Below are positions 1-9,398 of a DNA stretch of 64,000 nucleotides, piece after piece. The notes beneath the pieces are model-generated. The model had not been told where the DNA came from and ran no database searches. It saw only the letters and a program-made list of their open reading frames with translations. The first letter of the stretch is position 1. Each line of letters starts with the position of its first letter. A program made the position numbers and the translations under genes. The stretch is taken from positions 51,416-115,415 of the IMG/VR virus record IMGVR_UViG_3300028829_005098; one strand, given 5' to 3'. The DNA comes from a virus.

Positions 1-1743
1 TGCGGTAATATCGTTTCCATCGGAATCTTCACTTACTGCTTTTCCTGCGGAATTGTATGCCTGTGTTCCGTGAAATACCAACATATCTACATTCTGAGGA
101 ATAACATTTTGAGTTGCGGGTGTCATTACCTCTATATTCATAAAACGTTCACCTTCTTTGAATACCTTACTTCGTTGTTTTTCACTCAACTTGGATATAG
201 CAGATTCTAAATCAGTAACTGCACTCACGAACGCATCACGAATGTTTTCGGGACGATCAGCAAATATACTTTCAAATTCTTTTACATTAGGAGCGGCTGC
301 ACCTGCGTTTTTTAAATGCCCTTGATTTCTTGCAGCCACTAATTGTCCATCTTTCCAAGAAAACATTAAATTTTGACCATCTAGTTTTTCAGTTACTTCT
401 TTTTCAACATTTAATTCACCAGACAACGACCTGCGAATCATTTCTTTTAAATCAGCAAATGTTAAATCCCGATCATCGAAAGGATGACTCATATGACCAG
501 CCGCACCTCCTTCTGTTAATAATACTTCGTTGATAGCATGACCTTCTACACCTTTATCTATTTCTTCATCATCTTCTGCTTTGTCGGTATCTATGGTATT
601 TGTTCCTGATCTTAGATCTTCATCTCCTTGTTCATCTTTCTTACGAATTGATTTTTCAGAACCAAGAAAATCTACAAGTTTATATCCTGCAGTTTCTGCA
701 ACACCATTTATGAAATTGACCCACTGAGTGTGTGCTGATTGTGATTTCTCAAAATCTATTTGATTCATTGGAGTATTTGCATCTATATCTCCTGCAGGAT
801 AAAAACTTACCGCAGGAACTGGTCCTGCATATTTTCCCCATTCACGATAATCTGCATTACGACCTAATCCATGTTTTCCTACTACATAGTCAAGTAAATC
901 ATAACCTAATTGTTGTGCTCGTTTACTTGTATTTCCTTCGTATGATTGTCCAGGGTAAAACATACTTGGTCCATCGTCAACCATTGTTTTTCCAAGAGCA
1001 GAAATTGAACTTATTTCATTAAGAAGTGTCGGTATACTATTCACGAACTTCTTAAATTTTGGATATTCTTTTAAAAATCCTTCAAATATTTCTTCATTTT
1101 CAAATAAAGTTGCAAACTTTTTTGTTAGATAGTCATAGATCTTTTCATCATACCAACCAAATAATTCTTTGAATGCTTGTTTTCTTTGTTCATCGGAATA
1201 CTTTGGACTTCCAAGCAAGTCACGAATTCTTGTTCCACTTACTTCCCCACCGAGAACTTTAATGCTTACATGAGGAGCAACGATAAAGTATCCATGTTCT
1301 GCATATGGTTTTAATTTACCTTTATTTTTAACATATGACTGATAATAAGCAGGTGAACCATCTGCTTTCGTGGTTTTTAATCTACCTGCATCTTTTTCTC
1401 CAAATATATAAATAACCGCAGTTGTGTTTGGATCATATTTTTTAAGTATCTCTTCACATACATATGGGTTTTTTACTTGAACTACATTTTTTACTTTGTG
1501 CTTTGTCCATATCATTTTCTTTTCTTTAAAGTTCAATGGACTTTTAGAAGAGTCGGTTTTATTGCTAGTTGCTACATATGCTTTATCAAATTTTCCGTCC
1601 AACCATTTATAGGTTTTATAGTGATGCACACCCGCGGGTTGAAATCTACCTGGATAAATTCCAATTATTTTTCGTATTTTACCTTCGTTTAGTAGATTGT
1701 CTACAAGAAACTCAGATAATTTATCTGTGAAATCATCATTCAT
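1..1743 (-). CDS. HIGH-family nucleotidyltransferase fused to a ligase-like (KxDG) nucleotidyltransferase domain; runs off the window start, absent from the ORF track
   Basis: Translated by hand from ATG 1743 (ATGA overlap with upstream stop): MNDDFTDKLSEFLVDNLLNEGKIRKIIGIYPGRFQPAGVHHYK... (HIGH-like), ...SGTRIRDLL..., then LLTEGGAAGHMSHPFDD...VTEKLDGQNLMFSW. No stop before position 1. Confidence 0.8.
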   Translation of the reverse strand, partial: MNDDFTDKLSEFLVDNLLNEGKIRKIIGIYPGRFQPAGVHHYKTYKWLDGKFDKAYVATSNKTDSSKSPLNFKEKKMIWTKHKVKNVVQVKNPYVCEEILKKYDPNTTAVIYIFGEKDAGRLKTTKADGSPAYYQSYVKNKGKLKPYAEHGYFIVAPHVSIKVLGGEVSGTRIRDLLGSPKYSDEQRKQAFKELFGWYDEKIYDYLTKKFATLFENEEIFEGFLKEYPKFKKFVNSIPTLLNEISSISALGKTMVDDGPSMFYPGQSYEGNTSKRAQQLGYDLLDYVVGKHGLGRNADYREWGKYAGPVPAVSFYPAGDIDANTPMNQIDFEKSQSAHTQWVNFINGVAETAGYKLVDFLGSEKSIRKKDEQGDEDLRSGTNTIDTDKAEDDEEIDKGVEGHAINEVLLTEGGAAGHMSHPFDDRDLTFADLKEMIRRSLSGELNVEKEVTEKLDGQNLMFSWKDGQLVAARNQGHLKNAGAAAPNVKEFESIFADRPENIRDAFVSAVTDLESAISKLSEKQRSKVFKEGERFMNIEVMTPATQNVIPQNVDMLVFHGTQAYNSAGKAVSEDSDGNDITA

Positions 1744-2258
1744 TTAGATTTCAAAACTTCAGATAAAATTGTTCTTATTTGTACTCGTAGCTTTTCTTCG
1801 TAAACTTTTCTTTCTACAAACTTATTGAATTCACCCTTTGACATATCAGATACATAATCTGCCATATCCTCAAATCCTTTTCGTTCTAACCAAGAAATAA
1901 CTTTATCTTTTGCTTTTAATACACTTGAATGTAATCCTGACATAAAACTTATTGCTTTTTTATATTCTGGACTCGTTAACTTTATTTCATTTACTTCTTT
2001 CATTTTTGTTTCCTCATATAGTGACATATAAAAATCTTCGTCAGAACTTGCGGATTGAAAATCACGATATGCTTGTTCTGCTTCTTTTCCCACGAGTATT
2101 ACTTTGCCCCTTGGGAAGTATAATATTTCATCTCCTTTTTTAAATTTCACTCCTCCTTTTCTTAGTCTTCTTTGTACAGGTAATCTTTGTTCACCAGAAA
2201 CTCCGTCATATTTTGACTTCATCCAAACTGGATCATCTTTATATCTTGCTTCGTTCAT
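1740..2258 (-). CDS. hypothetical protein, possible internal head protein
   Basis: ORF track gives 1740..2279 with a TTG start; ATG 2258 just after the upstream stop is more likely. Several L/V/I-x-E motifs. Confidence 0.6.
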   Translation of the reverse strand: MNEARYKDDPVWMKSKYDGVSGEQRLPVQRRLRKGGVKFKKGDEILYFPRGKVILVGKEAEQAYRDFQSASSDEDFYMSLYEETKMKEVNEIKLTSPEYKKAISFMSGLHSSVLKAKDKVISWLERKGFEDMADYVSDMSKGEFNKFVERKVYEEKLRVQIRTILSEVLKSK

Positions 2259-2259
2259 A

Positions 2260-2613
2260 TCAGTCTTCAAAGTATTCAATTACTTTTCCTGTTTTAATAT
2301 TATTTTTGCAGGCTTTTCGTTTATCACGATGTAGATGTGGTGCTTTATCAAGATACTCTGTGGTACAATGAAATATATAACCATCCACCACAGGACCTTC
2401 TGTTGTTTCTCCTTCACTATATACTCCGATAAATTTAAAGTCATCTTTTTCTTTTTTAACAAATTTGCTTGCAAGAGACTTTGCCCAATTTTCATTTCCT
2501 GCTTTTTTTGAAGAATAACTATATCTAGAATGATTTGGTGCTAGTTCAAGTCTCCAAGTTTCTCCAAGTTTTTCTTCTTGAATTAATTCATCTAATATTT
2601 TTTCAAAATTCAT
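2260..2613 (-). CDS. hypothetical protein
   Basis: 117-aa ORF coupled to its neighbours (ATGA overlap); N-terminus MNFEKILDELIQEE. Confidence 0.6.
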   Translation of the reverse strand: MNFEKILDELIQEEKLGETWRLELAPNHSRYSYSSKKAGNENWAKSLASKFVKKEKDDFKFIGVYSEGETTEGPVVDGYIFHCTTEYLDKAPHLHRDKRKACKNNIKTGKVIEYFED

Positions 2614-3653
2614 TTTTCACCCTTAAACTTTAATGAACGAATTTGGTGAAAGTATTTTACGATCTGATTCCTTGATAAATTCAGACTTTCTACCAATCTC
2701 GATAATACCGCAAGATTTCTTCGTTCGTTTAATTTAAATTTTCTAATTACATAAATAGACCTACTCAAATGTCTTTCTAAATCCATAGGAAGAACGACAT
2801 CTTCCATAGAAACTATATCTAATTCCTCATTCACACGATTTCGTTTATCACCACTCTTAGTCATTTTATCATGTGCCATCATCATTTGTATCCACTTTTT
2901 ACCAATTGGATTTCGTATGGGTTTTGCAACAAATCGTGCAGTTGCTTTTAAAACGTGTGGAACTAAATCTAGTCTTCCTGGTTTCTTTTTACTACGAGTA
3001 TCTTCAGAGTTATCTACAATAACAAAGTTTTTTCCAAATGAACCTTGAAACTTACCAAGATTTTTTTGTACATCGGTCCAAATATCTTTTACTATTTTTC
3101 TTGGAAGTTTTCTTTTACGCATTGCGTTTCTTTGTTGTGCAACTTCAAGTGTTGTGTTAACAAACACCATATAACAATCGTATCCAAGTTTTTCTAGTTC
3201 TTTCTTTTGCTTAGATATTTTGTTATAGTTATCACCAGTTCCATCAACAATAACACCAAGACGATTATTTTTAAACATTTCAAATTGTCTTAACATAATT
3301 TTCTTTGCACGGGAACGAATACTATTTGGATCACCACTTGTCACTTTGCTAAATGTTTCATCGTCCATTTTGGATAAATTTAAATCGTATCCTGCTTTCT
3401 TTAGAAGTATTTCAAACGCAGGATCACTATTAACTATCTTTAACCCACTTGGAGACAAATTAGTTGCTTCGGGTGGAAAATCAAATATTGTATCAACGGT
3501 AGCAGATTTACCAGATCCAGGACCTCCCGCTAAAAATACTGCTTTTAGAATACCAGGATCATACACACCCTCTACAAGTGTAAAATATCCTTTACGCAAT
3601 CCTGCTTTAATCAGGGTTTCTTTGACTTCTTGGTTTTTTTCGGAATCTTCCAT
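2610..3653 (-). CDS. P-loop kinase (polynucleotide kinase / zeta-toxin-like, AAA_33 type)
   Basis: FLAGGPGSGKS Walker A, NSD, IVDGT, lid LEVAQQRNAMRKR. Confidence 0.8.
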   Translation of the reverse strand: MEDSEKNQEVKETLIKAGLRKGYFTLVEGVYDPGILKAVFLAGGPGSGKSATVDTIFDFPPEATNLSPSGLKIVNSDPAFEILLKKAGYDLNLSKMDDETFSKVTSGDPNSIRSRAKKIMLRQFEMFKNNRLGVIVDGTGDNYNKISKQKKELEKLGYDCYMVFVNTTLEVAQQRNAMRKRKLPRKIVKDIWTDVQKNLGKFQGSFGKNFVIVDNSEDTRSKKKPGRLDLVPHVLKATARFVAKPIRNPIGKKWIQMMMAHDKMTKSGDKRNRVNEELDIVSMEDVVLPMDLERHLSRSIYVIRKFKLNERRNLAVLSRLVESLNLSRNQIVKYFHQIRSLKFKGEK

Positions 3654-3673
3654 AAATACAATTCAGGTACATA

Positions 3674-3681
3674 ATAAATAT
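3674..3681 (-). promoter_or_regulatory. putative late promoter motif ATATTTAT
   Basis: Recurrent coding-strand intergenic motif, about 20 nt upstream of the kinase start. Confidence 0.55.
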
Positions 3682-3696
3682 ATATCTAAATATGTT

Positions 3697-6297
3697 TTAT
3701 ACTCCGTATTTTATCTTACTAAAAGAACCTTCTTTTTGAATTTCTATAATCTCGTCCACCATATCTCTCATTACATCCAAATGACTGATGACCATTATGA
3801 ACTCAAACTGCCCCTTTAAATAGGTAAACAGATTAAATACACTACTTATGTTGTCTCCATCCAAAGAACCCCACCCTTCGTCAATAACAAGGAAATTAGA
3901 ACGTGGCAAACTACTTACATTAATAAGTGCTACTCGCATTGCGATACTGCTAATGAAACGTTCCATGCCACTACACATTTCAAGTGGCCAATGACGATCT
4001 TCATATGTAATCTTTGAGTAAATATGCTTTCCGTCCATCTCAAGTTGCATACCAAAGTCAACAATTTGAGAAAGAATATTATTAACTTCACTTTCAATGC
4101 TTGGAATTGTTTTGGAAATAAGTTCATATGAAATACCATCTCGTTTTACTGCATCAAGATATAGTTCGTATCCTCGTTTCTTTCTTTCATACCCCTTTGC
4201 CTCTTCAATAGATTCTAAAACATCTTTATGTTCTTTTTCTACAATTTTAACTTCACCAAACAAACCTTGTAATTTCATTGTTTCGTTTGATACTATTTCG
4301 TCTACTTTTTTTAATTTTTCTTTTACTAAATCTGCATCTACTTGTAGTTTTTTATTGAATAGAATAATATCTTTACACTCATAATATTCTTCAATGCTTT
4401 TATCGTTTAATAGTATATCTTTTTCAAGTGACTCAAGTATACTTGAAAGTGCAAGAATTTTAGAATCTACGTCACTTATTTCATACGACATTTGATTTAG
4501 TTTGGTTCTATCTTCAATTAGTTTTTTATGTTGTTCTTCTATATCACCAAATTTATCTAATGTTTTAGTAAGTTCAGTTTTAGTCTTAACTAGTTCATCG
4601 GCATCTGCTTTATCTTTATCAAGTTCTTTTTTAGTAATAGCCGCACTATCAATCAAATTCTTGGAATTCTTTACACAAAACTCACACTTAGGATCATATT
4701 CATGACTATCATAGTGTTTAAGTTTATCTAATTTAGCATTAACAGATGTTCTTAAAACTGCTAAGTCTTTATCTACTGACATTAGTTCTTCTTTTATTTT
4801 TAATGACTCGATAAAATTATCTTCTATATGTTTTCTTTTGCCCAACGACTTGGTTAGTTCAGACTTTTCGTTTGCTAATTGTTTTTTTCTGTCGGATTCT
4901 TTTTTTCTATTATCGTTTGCTATTTCAAGTCTATCTCTTAAATTTCTTTTATTATACTCAAGTTTATCTATATCTACATTTTCTTCATCAAACGAACAAT
5001 TTTTAAATTGAGAATTAATTTCAGCAAGACTATTATTTAATATTTTTTGTTCAGCAAGTGCTATATCAGTTTTTTCGTTTTGTTCGTTATATCTTAAATT
5101 AACATCGTTAAGTTTTTCTTGTACATTCAATAAAAGTTCATCGAAGTTTTCACGATTAAATCTTTTAAGTAAAGCATTTATTTCTTTTATATCTTCAGAT
5201 GCAGTTGAATGCAAATTATCAAATACATCAATACCCATAAATTGTGCAAGTAAATCTTTACGTTCACTTTGACTTTTATCTATAAAGATTGCATTGTTGT
5301 TTTGCAAACTTAATGCAGTTAAAACAAAATCTTCATACGAACCCACATGATCACGAATATTTGCATTTGTACCTGTTCGTTGTTCTCCGTTCAAAGATAC
5401 TTTTTGTCCAGTAGAATCGTTTTTCCAAAAATCTACTACCACAGTAACATCTCCATTCTTTTTAGTAGAAGCATTTCTTTCAATAAAGTAATCTACACCA
5501 GAAATCTCAAAGTTTAACTTACAATAAAAACTATCAGTCTGTGTATTTAGTACATGGGCAGCCTTGAATGCTCTGTCACACTTATCATATAAACAAAAAC
5601 TTAATGCACTCATTACACTACTTTTACCACTTGCATTTGAGGCAAATAAACCCATAACACTTTTCATATTTGAAAAGTCTACAATGTTTGAGTCTCCGTA
5701 ACTAAACATATTGCCGAATTCAAACTTTTTAGGTTTCCATATGCAATTTCTAAGAATTTCCTTTACAACAAGTTTATCATTTATTTCTTTGTTGATATCG
5801 AGTGCAGTTTTGATTTGTTCATCATCTACTACGAAATTTCTTCTAAGATAATCTTCTATTAAATCATTTTGAACATGAACCTTTGTAATATCACCAAAGT
5901 CAAATTTATTATCACGATCAAACTTTTTTGCTTCAGAAATAGCATCACACCTTGTTACATTTAAATCAGATATACTAGTTTTCTTACGAATCTCCGCAAG
6001 AATTTCTTTAGTTTCAGTTGCAGTTGTGTTATATACTTTTACACGAAGTCTTGCCTTTTTTGGCAATTGACTTAAATCACTTACACATTTACCATCACGA
6101 ACCTCTACCGTATAATAACCATAATCGTTATGCACTTCGTGGTGTGTGTGTTTTCTATTTTTAATATCCCAAAAAACATAACCATGACCCTTTGGTTTTT
6201 CTCCATGATTTTGTTGAATCATGCTACCCGAGTATACCACAACAGGTTTCTCACCGTTGTGTCTTTTTATTTTTACATATGTTTTTGGTTCATCCAT
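3697..6297 (-). CDS. sbcC: C-terminal part of Mre11/SbcD fused to Rad50/SbcC ATPase (gp47C-gp46-like)
   Basis: N-terminal YSGSMIQQNHGE..GHGYVFWD (SbcD C-half); Walker A SNASGKSS; coiled coil with CEFC zinc hook; signature CSGMER; Walker B IDEGWGSLD; H-loop ISH. Confidence 0.9.
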   Translation of the reverse strand: MDEPKTYVKIKRHNGEKPVVVYSGSMIQQNHGEKPKGHGYVFWDIKNRKHTHHEVHNDYGYYTVEVRDGKCVSDLSQLPKKARLRVKVYNTTATETKEILAEIRKKTSISDLNVTRCDAISEAKKFDRDNKFDFGDITKVHVQNDLIEDYLRRNFVVDDEQIKTALDINKEINDKLVVKEILRNCIWKPKKFEFGNMFSYGDSNIVDFSNMKSVMGLFASNASGKSSVMSALSFCLYDKCDRAFKAAHVLNTQTDSFYCKLNFEISGVDYFIERNASTKKNGDVTVVVDFWKNDSTGQKVSLNGEQRTGTNANIRDHVGSYEDFVLTALSLQNNNAIFIDKSQSERKDLLAQFMGIDVFDNLHSTASEDIKEINALLKRFNRENFDELLLNVQEKLNDVNLRYNEQNEKTDIALAEQKILNNSLAEINSQFKNCSFDEENVDIDKLEYNKRNLRDRLEIANDNRKKESDRKKQLANEKSELTKSLGKRKHIEDNFIESLKIKEELMSVDKDLAVLRTSVNAKLDKLKHYDSHEYDPKCEFCVKNSKNLIDSAAITKKELDKDKADADELVKTKTELTKTLDKFGDIEEQHKKLIEDRTKLNQMSYEISDVDSKILALSSILESLEKDILLNDKSIEEYYECKDIILFNKKLQVDADLVKEKLKKVDEIVSNETMKLQGLFGEVKIVEKEHKDVLESIEEAKGYERKKRGYELYLDAVKRDGISYELISKTIPSIESEVNNILSQIVDFGMQLEMDGKHIYSKITYEDRHWPLEMCSGMERFISSIAMRVALINVSSLPRSNFLVIDEGWGSLDGDNISSVFNLFTYLKGQFEFIMVISHLDVMRDMVDEIIEIQKEGSFSKIKYGV

Positions 6298-7219
6298 TGG
6301 TTATAATATTTAAAATTTCTTCTCCTAATTCTGAATCAGTTAAGTAAGGACTTAAGTGATGGTGACCTTGGAGTGGGAAATAGCAACATGGTCCTAAAAA
6401 AGGAGAACGATTCTCAGTTACATCGACGTTCTTACGATGTTGTTGCCAATGAATACCTTTTGGTCCGAACATTTGGTGTATGTAATCAGTAGATATAATA
6501 GTTGGTACTCTAAGTGCAGATGATATATTTGTAATACATCCCTCTGCACCAATTACATAATTGCAATTTTTAATCAACGATGCAGTGAATGTAAATTTGC
6601 TTGTGGAATTTATTGTAGGAAATCGTTTAGATATTTTATCTTCAAGACCAAGTGCAAATAAAATTATCTTAGGGTGCGTTTCCAAACAATTAATTATTTC
6701 AAATGTATCTCTTTTTCCAGAACCATATCCATTTCCTGTTTCACCACCCTCCGCACGATTATATTCTTCTTCTGTAAAAAGAAAACTTTTATTGTGCCAA
6801 TCCATTTGGTATCCAACTTTGATAACATCAGTTTGCCAATGATTTATAGCAACAAGCTCTTCCATACTTTTACTTACACCATAATCAAGTGCAGAAGAAG
6901 TAAAAATTTCAAAGGTATCGTCGAAAGCTTTTATATCACACATTCGTTGAAACTGAGATACTGCCGATTCGTATGGATTTAAGGTAGCACCATCTTCTAT
7001 TAAATTGTATACATGAGAATAATCGTTTCTTGAATCTTTGAAATGTACTCTATTGATATAAGGATTATTATTTAGCAATTCTATTGGTTGTAGATAATCA
7101 ATATCATAATCAACTTCACAATCTATATGTTCTTCTTTTAATTTTTTTGCTACACTACTTGCAAACAGAATATCACCAATATGAATGTTTCTACACTTAA
7201 TTAAAAATCTTTTAATCAT
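6290..7219 (-). CDS. GT9-like (heptosyltransferase-like, GT-B fold) glycosyltransferase nested between the SbcD halves
   Basis: HIGDILFASSVAKKLK, LLNNNPYINRV and LIKNCNYVIGAEGCITNISSALRVPTI match WaaC/WaaF-type patterns. ATG 7219 overlaps the sbcD stop (track start 7237). Confidence 0.7.
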   Translation of the reverse strand: MIKRFLIKCRNIHIGDILFASSVAKKLKEEHIDCEVDYDIDYLQPIELLNNNPYINRVHFKDSRNDYSHVYNLIEDGATLNPYESAVSQFQRMCDIKAFDDTFEIFTSSALDYGVSKSMEELVAINHWQTDVIKVGYQMDWHNKSFLFTEEEYNRAEGGETGNGYGSGKRDTFEIINCLETHPKIILFALGLEDKISKRFPTINSTSKFTFTASLIKNCNYVIGAEGCITNISSALRVPTIISTDYIHQMFGPKGIHWQQHRKNVDVTENRSPFLGPCCYFPLQGHHHLSPYLTDSELGEEILNIITNG

Positions 7220-7916
7220 TACAAACCTCCCATCCATCGAGTTTATATTTCTCTAGTGTGTTTTCCGACACAAATCTATGCTCAGTTTTGTATTCCTGTA
7301 ATACTTGGTATTTGTGAATATCTCCGAGCATTACAATATCATATCCATTGAATTGTGGTAATTCAACATCACCACCCATAACAACATACCCAACATCAGT
7401 CATACTTCGTTTTACTGCTCCGTGGTAAACTGCTATTTTAGTTGTTATACTCTCATCTGTAATATCAGAACCCACTATATAATTTTGTGGATCATCAAAT
7501 ATTCCAAATACACTAATTGCTATATCACCGATTTTATATACACCTGTATCTCTTAAATAATACAGATTAGGTTGGTCCATCATTCCAACTATGGGTGATA
7601 GAACATCCAACCTATCTGGATTATTTAGATTGCAATCATGATTGCCTGCTATAACTACAGTGGGGTGTAGTTTAGCACATTCTGATAAAAAAGTTGCTAT
7701 TTGTTTTATGAGTTCTGGACTCATTTCTGTTTTAGCATGAGCAATATCTCCACCAATAAAAATTAAGCAGTTATCGTAATTGTCTTCTTTAACTTGATTG
7801 TAAAAGTTTTCAAATACACCTGTATACTCGGAATGCCTTTTGATATTTCTAATATGAATATCTGCTAAATGGTAAACTTTATCAATATTTTTTATCTGTG
7901 AATCTAACTCAAGCAT
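7212..7916 (-). CDS. sbcD: N-terminal part of Mre11/SbcD metallophosphoesterase nuclease (gp47-like)
   Basis: HLADIH, GGDIAH, AGNHD, YHG and LGDIHK motifs; ends before the YxGS motif. Confidence 0.9.
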   Translation of the reverse strand: MLELDSQIKNIDKVYHLADIHIRNIKRHSEYTGVFENFYNQVKEDNYDNCLIFIGGDIAHAKTEMSPELIKQIATFLSECAKLHPTVVIAGNHDCNLNNPDRLDVLSPIVGMMDQPNLYYLRDTGVYKIGDIAISVFGIFDDPQNYIVGSDITDESITTKIAVYHGAVKRSMTDVGYVVMGGDVELPQFNGYDIVMLGDIHKYQVLQEYKTEHRFVSENTLEKYKLDGWEVCND

Positions 7917-8833
7917 AACCTCTGTTTCATTAATTCAGAAAAGTCTAGTTGTCCGCAACTTTTTATTTTCTTTGTAATTTGTTCAAACCCCAAATCGGCT
8001 GCATCTTGTTCTTCCACTTTAACTAACTTAACCGAAATCCCCTTGTTTAACAATTGCTCGGATATTTTAAGTGCATTTTTATATGCATCTTTATCAAGAA
8101 CTATTGTTACATTATTAACATGATGCTCAACCAATTTCATTTTAAGTTTATCAGGAATGTTTTTACCTAACATCGGTATAGCATTTCTACGAATTGCGAT
8201 TGCATCAAAAACTCCTTCGCACAATATAATTGGTTCAGAAAAATCAACTTGATTTTCAAACACAACCACATCTTTACTAACTTTTGGATTTTTATATCTT
8301 AAATAAGCATTTCCTATAAAATCACGAGCAATAAAGTAATTTAATTGATTATCCGAATCGTAAGACGGAACAATGATTCTATTTTCATATTCCCCTTCCT
8401 CACAATATCCTATATTATATCGTTCTATATCATAAGAAAATATATTTCTTTTTTTTAGATAATTTATAGCAATATTATGATTACGAGATTTGGTGGAAGA
8501 ATGTAATAAAGATTTAAACTCAAACGGAAGATGAATTTTGTTTTCTACTTCTTTTTCAAGTTTTATATTCTTTGGTAATTTTACTATTGTAGATAATTCT
8601 TGAAAATAATCAGGAGACACTTGCATTTTCTTGAATAAACTAAATATGCTTCTTCCTTTAGAATTGGTGTCAATCCAACTCTGCCATCTTTGAGTTGTTA
8701 AGTTAACTGCAAGTTTTGGTTTTCTGTGGTTGGAGAACGGGCACATAAACATAGCTTCGTCTTTGGAAACTATTTTACCAGTTCCCAAAACTTTTTGAAG
8801 TAAATTCAAAAGTTTTTGTTCAAATATGCCCAC
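7904..8833 (-). CDS. DNA primase (DnaG/TOPRIM type)
   Basis: CPF..H..PKL N-terminal domain, RIIVP, YKNP, CEGVFDAI, LDKDA; GTG start. Confidence 0.85.
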   Translation of the reverse strand: MGIFEQKLLNLLQKVLGTGKIVSKDEAMFMCPFSNHRKPKLAVNLTTQRWQSWIDTNSKGRSIFSLFKKMQVSPDYFQELSTIVKLPKNIKLEKEVENKIHLPFEFKSLLHSSTKSRNHNIAINYLKKRNIFSYDIERYNIGYCEEGEYENRIIVPSYDSDNQLNYFIARDFIGNAYLRYKNPKVSKDVVVFENQVDFSEPIILCEGVFDAIAIRRNAIPMLGKNIPDKLKMKLVEHHVNNVTIVLDKDAYKNALKISEQLLNKGISVKLVKVEEQDAADLGFEQITKKIKSCGQLDFSELMKQRLCLS

Positions 8834-8837
8834 TATA

Positions 8838-9362
8838 CTATTCAGAATACCAATGATACAATGATGCTACTACCGCATCAAGCATATCATAATTTTTTTT
8901 ATCATAATTTTTCTTAGTATTATAGTGAGTAAATTCAGATAAATCAAGCATATTATCTAAGTTGTTCTTAACAAATGTTTTGCTATCTACACCAGATTCT
9001 CTTGATTTTCCAAAAACTGCTTTTCGCATTGTAGACACATTAATATGCTCTACTTCTATATTATACATCTCTTCTACTACATAACTTATTATAGCATTAC
9101 ACTTTGCTAACTTTACAATAGTTTGTTGACTAGTTCTTCCTCCACCAAAACCACTTAACGAGTCTTCTACAATTATAAAGCAAGGTTGCAGTCGAGTATT
9201 TTTTAACTCATCTGCAACCTTGTGTGCTTTTTTCTTTATGGAGTTTTCTTTATTAACAGAAACAAATCCTGCGTGGATTATGTTTTCTTGGGAAGATGAA
9301 AAACAATAGCCTATTGTAGTTGAACTTATATCAAGTCCGAGAGATATTGGGTTATTTGACAT
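8838..9362 (-). CDS. RuvC-like Holliday junction resolvase
   Basis: LGLDISSTTIG, IIVED, RKAVFG and DMLDAVVA acidic motifs of the RNase H/RuvC fold. Confidence 0.75.
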   Translation of the reverse strand: MSNNPISLGLDISSTTIGYCFSSSQENIIHAGFVSVNKENSIKKKAHKVADELKNTRLQPCFIIVEDSLSGFGGGRTSQQTIVKLAKCNAIISYVVEEMYNIEVEHINVSTMRKAVFGKSRESGVDSKTFVKNNLDNMLDLSEFTHYNTKKNYDKKNYDMLDAVVASLYHWYSE

Positions 9363-9380
9363 ACCAAATGATATGTCAAA
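9355..9380 (-). promoter_or_regulatory. inverted repeat / hairpin covering the resolvase start codon
   Basis: TTTGACATA-N8-TATGTCAAA is a perfect 9-bp inverted repeat; ATG 9362 lies in the 3' arm. Confidence 0.55.
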
Positions 9381-9398
9381 AATTTTTAAAGGTCAATG

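Noticed and set aside
6244-7290. Split intein or group I intron at the sbcD break
   Set aside because: No Cys/Ser-initiated intein N-part; the only HN is followed by Gly rather than C/S/T; there is no non-coding space for an intron core; and the insert has no nuclease motif.
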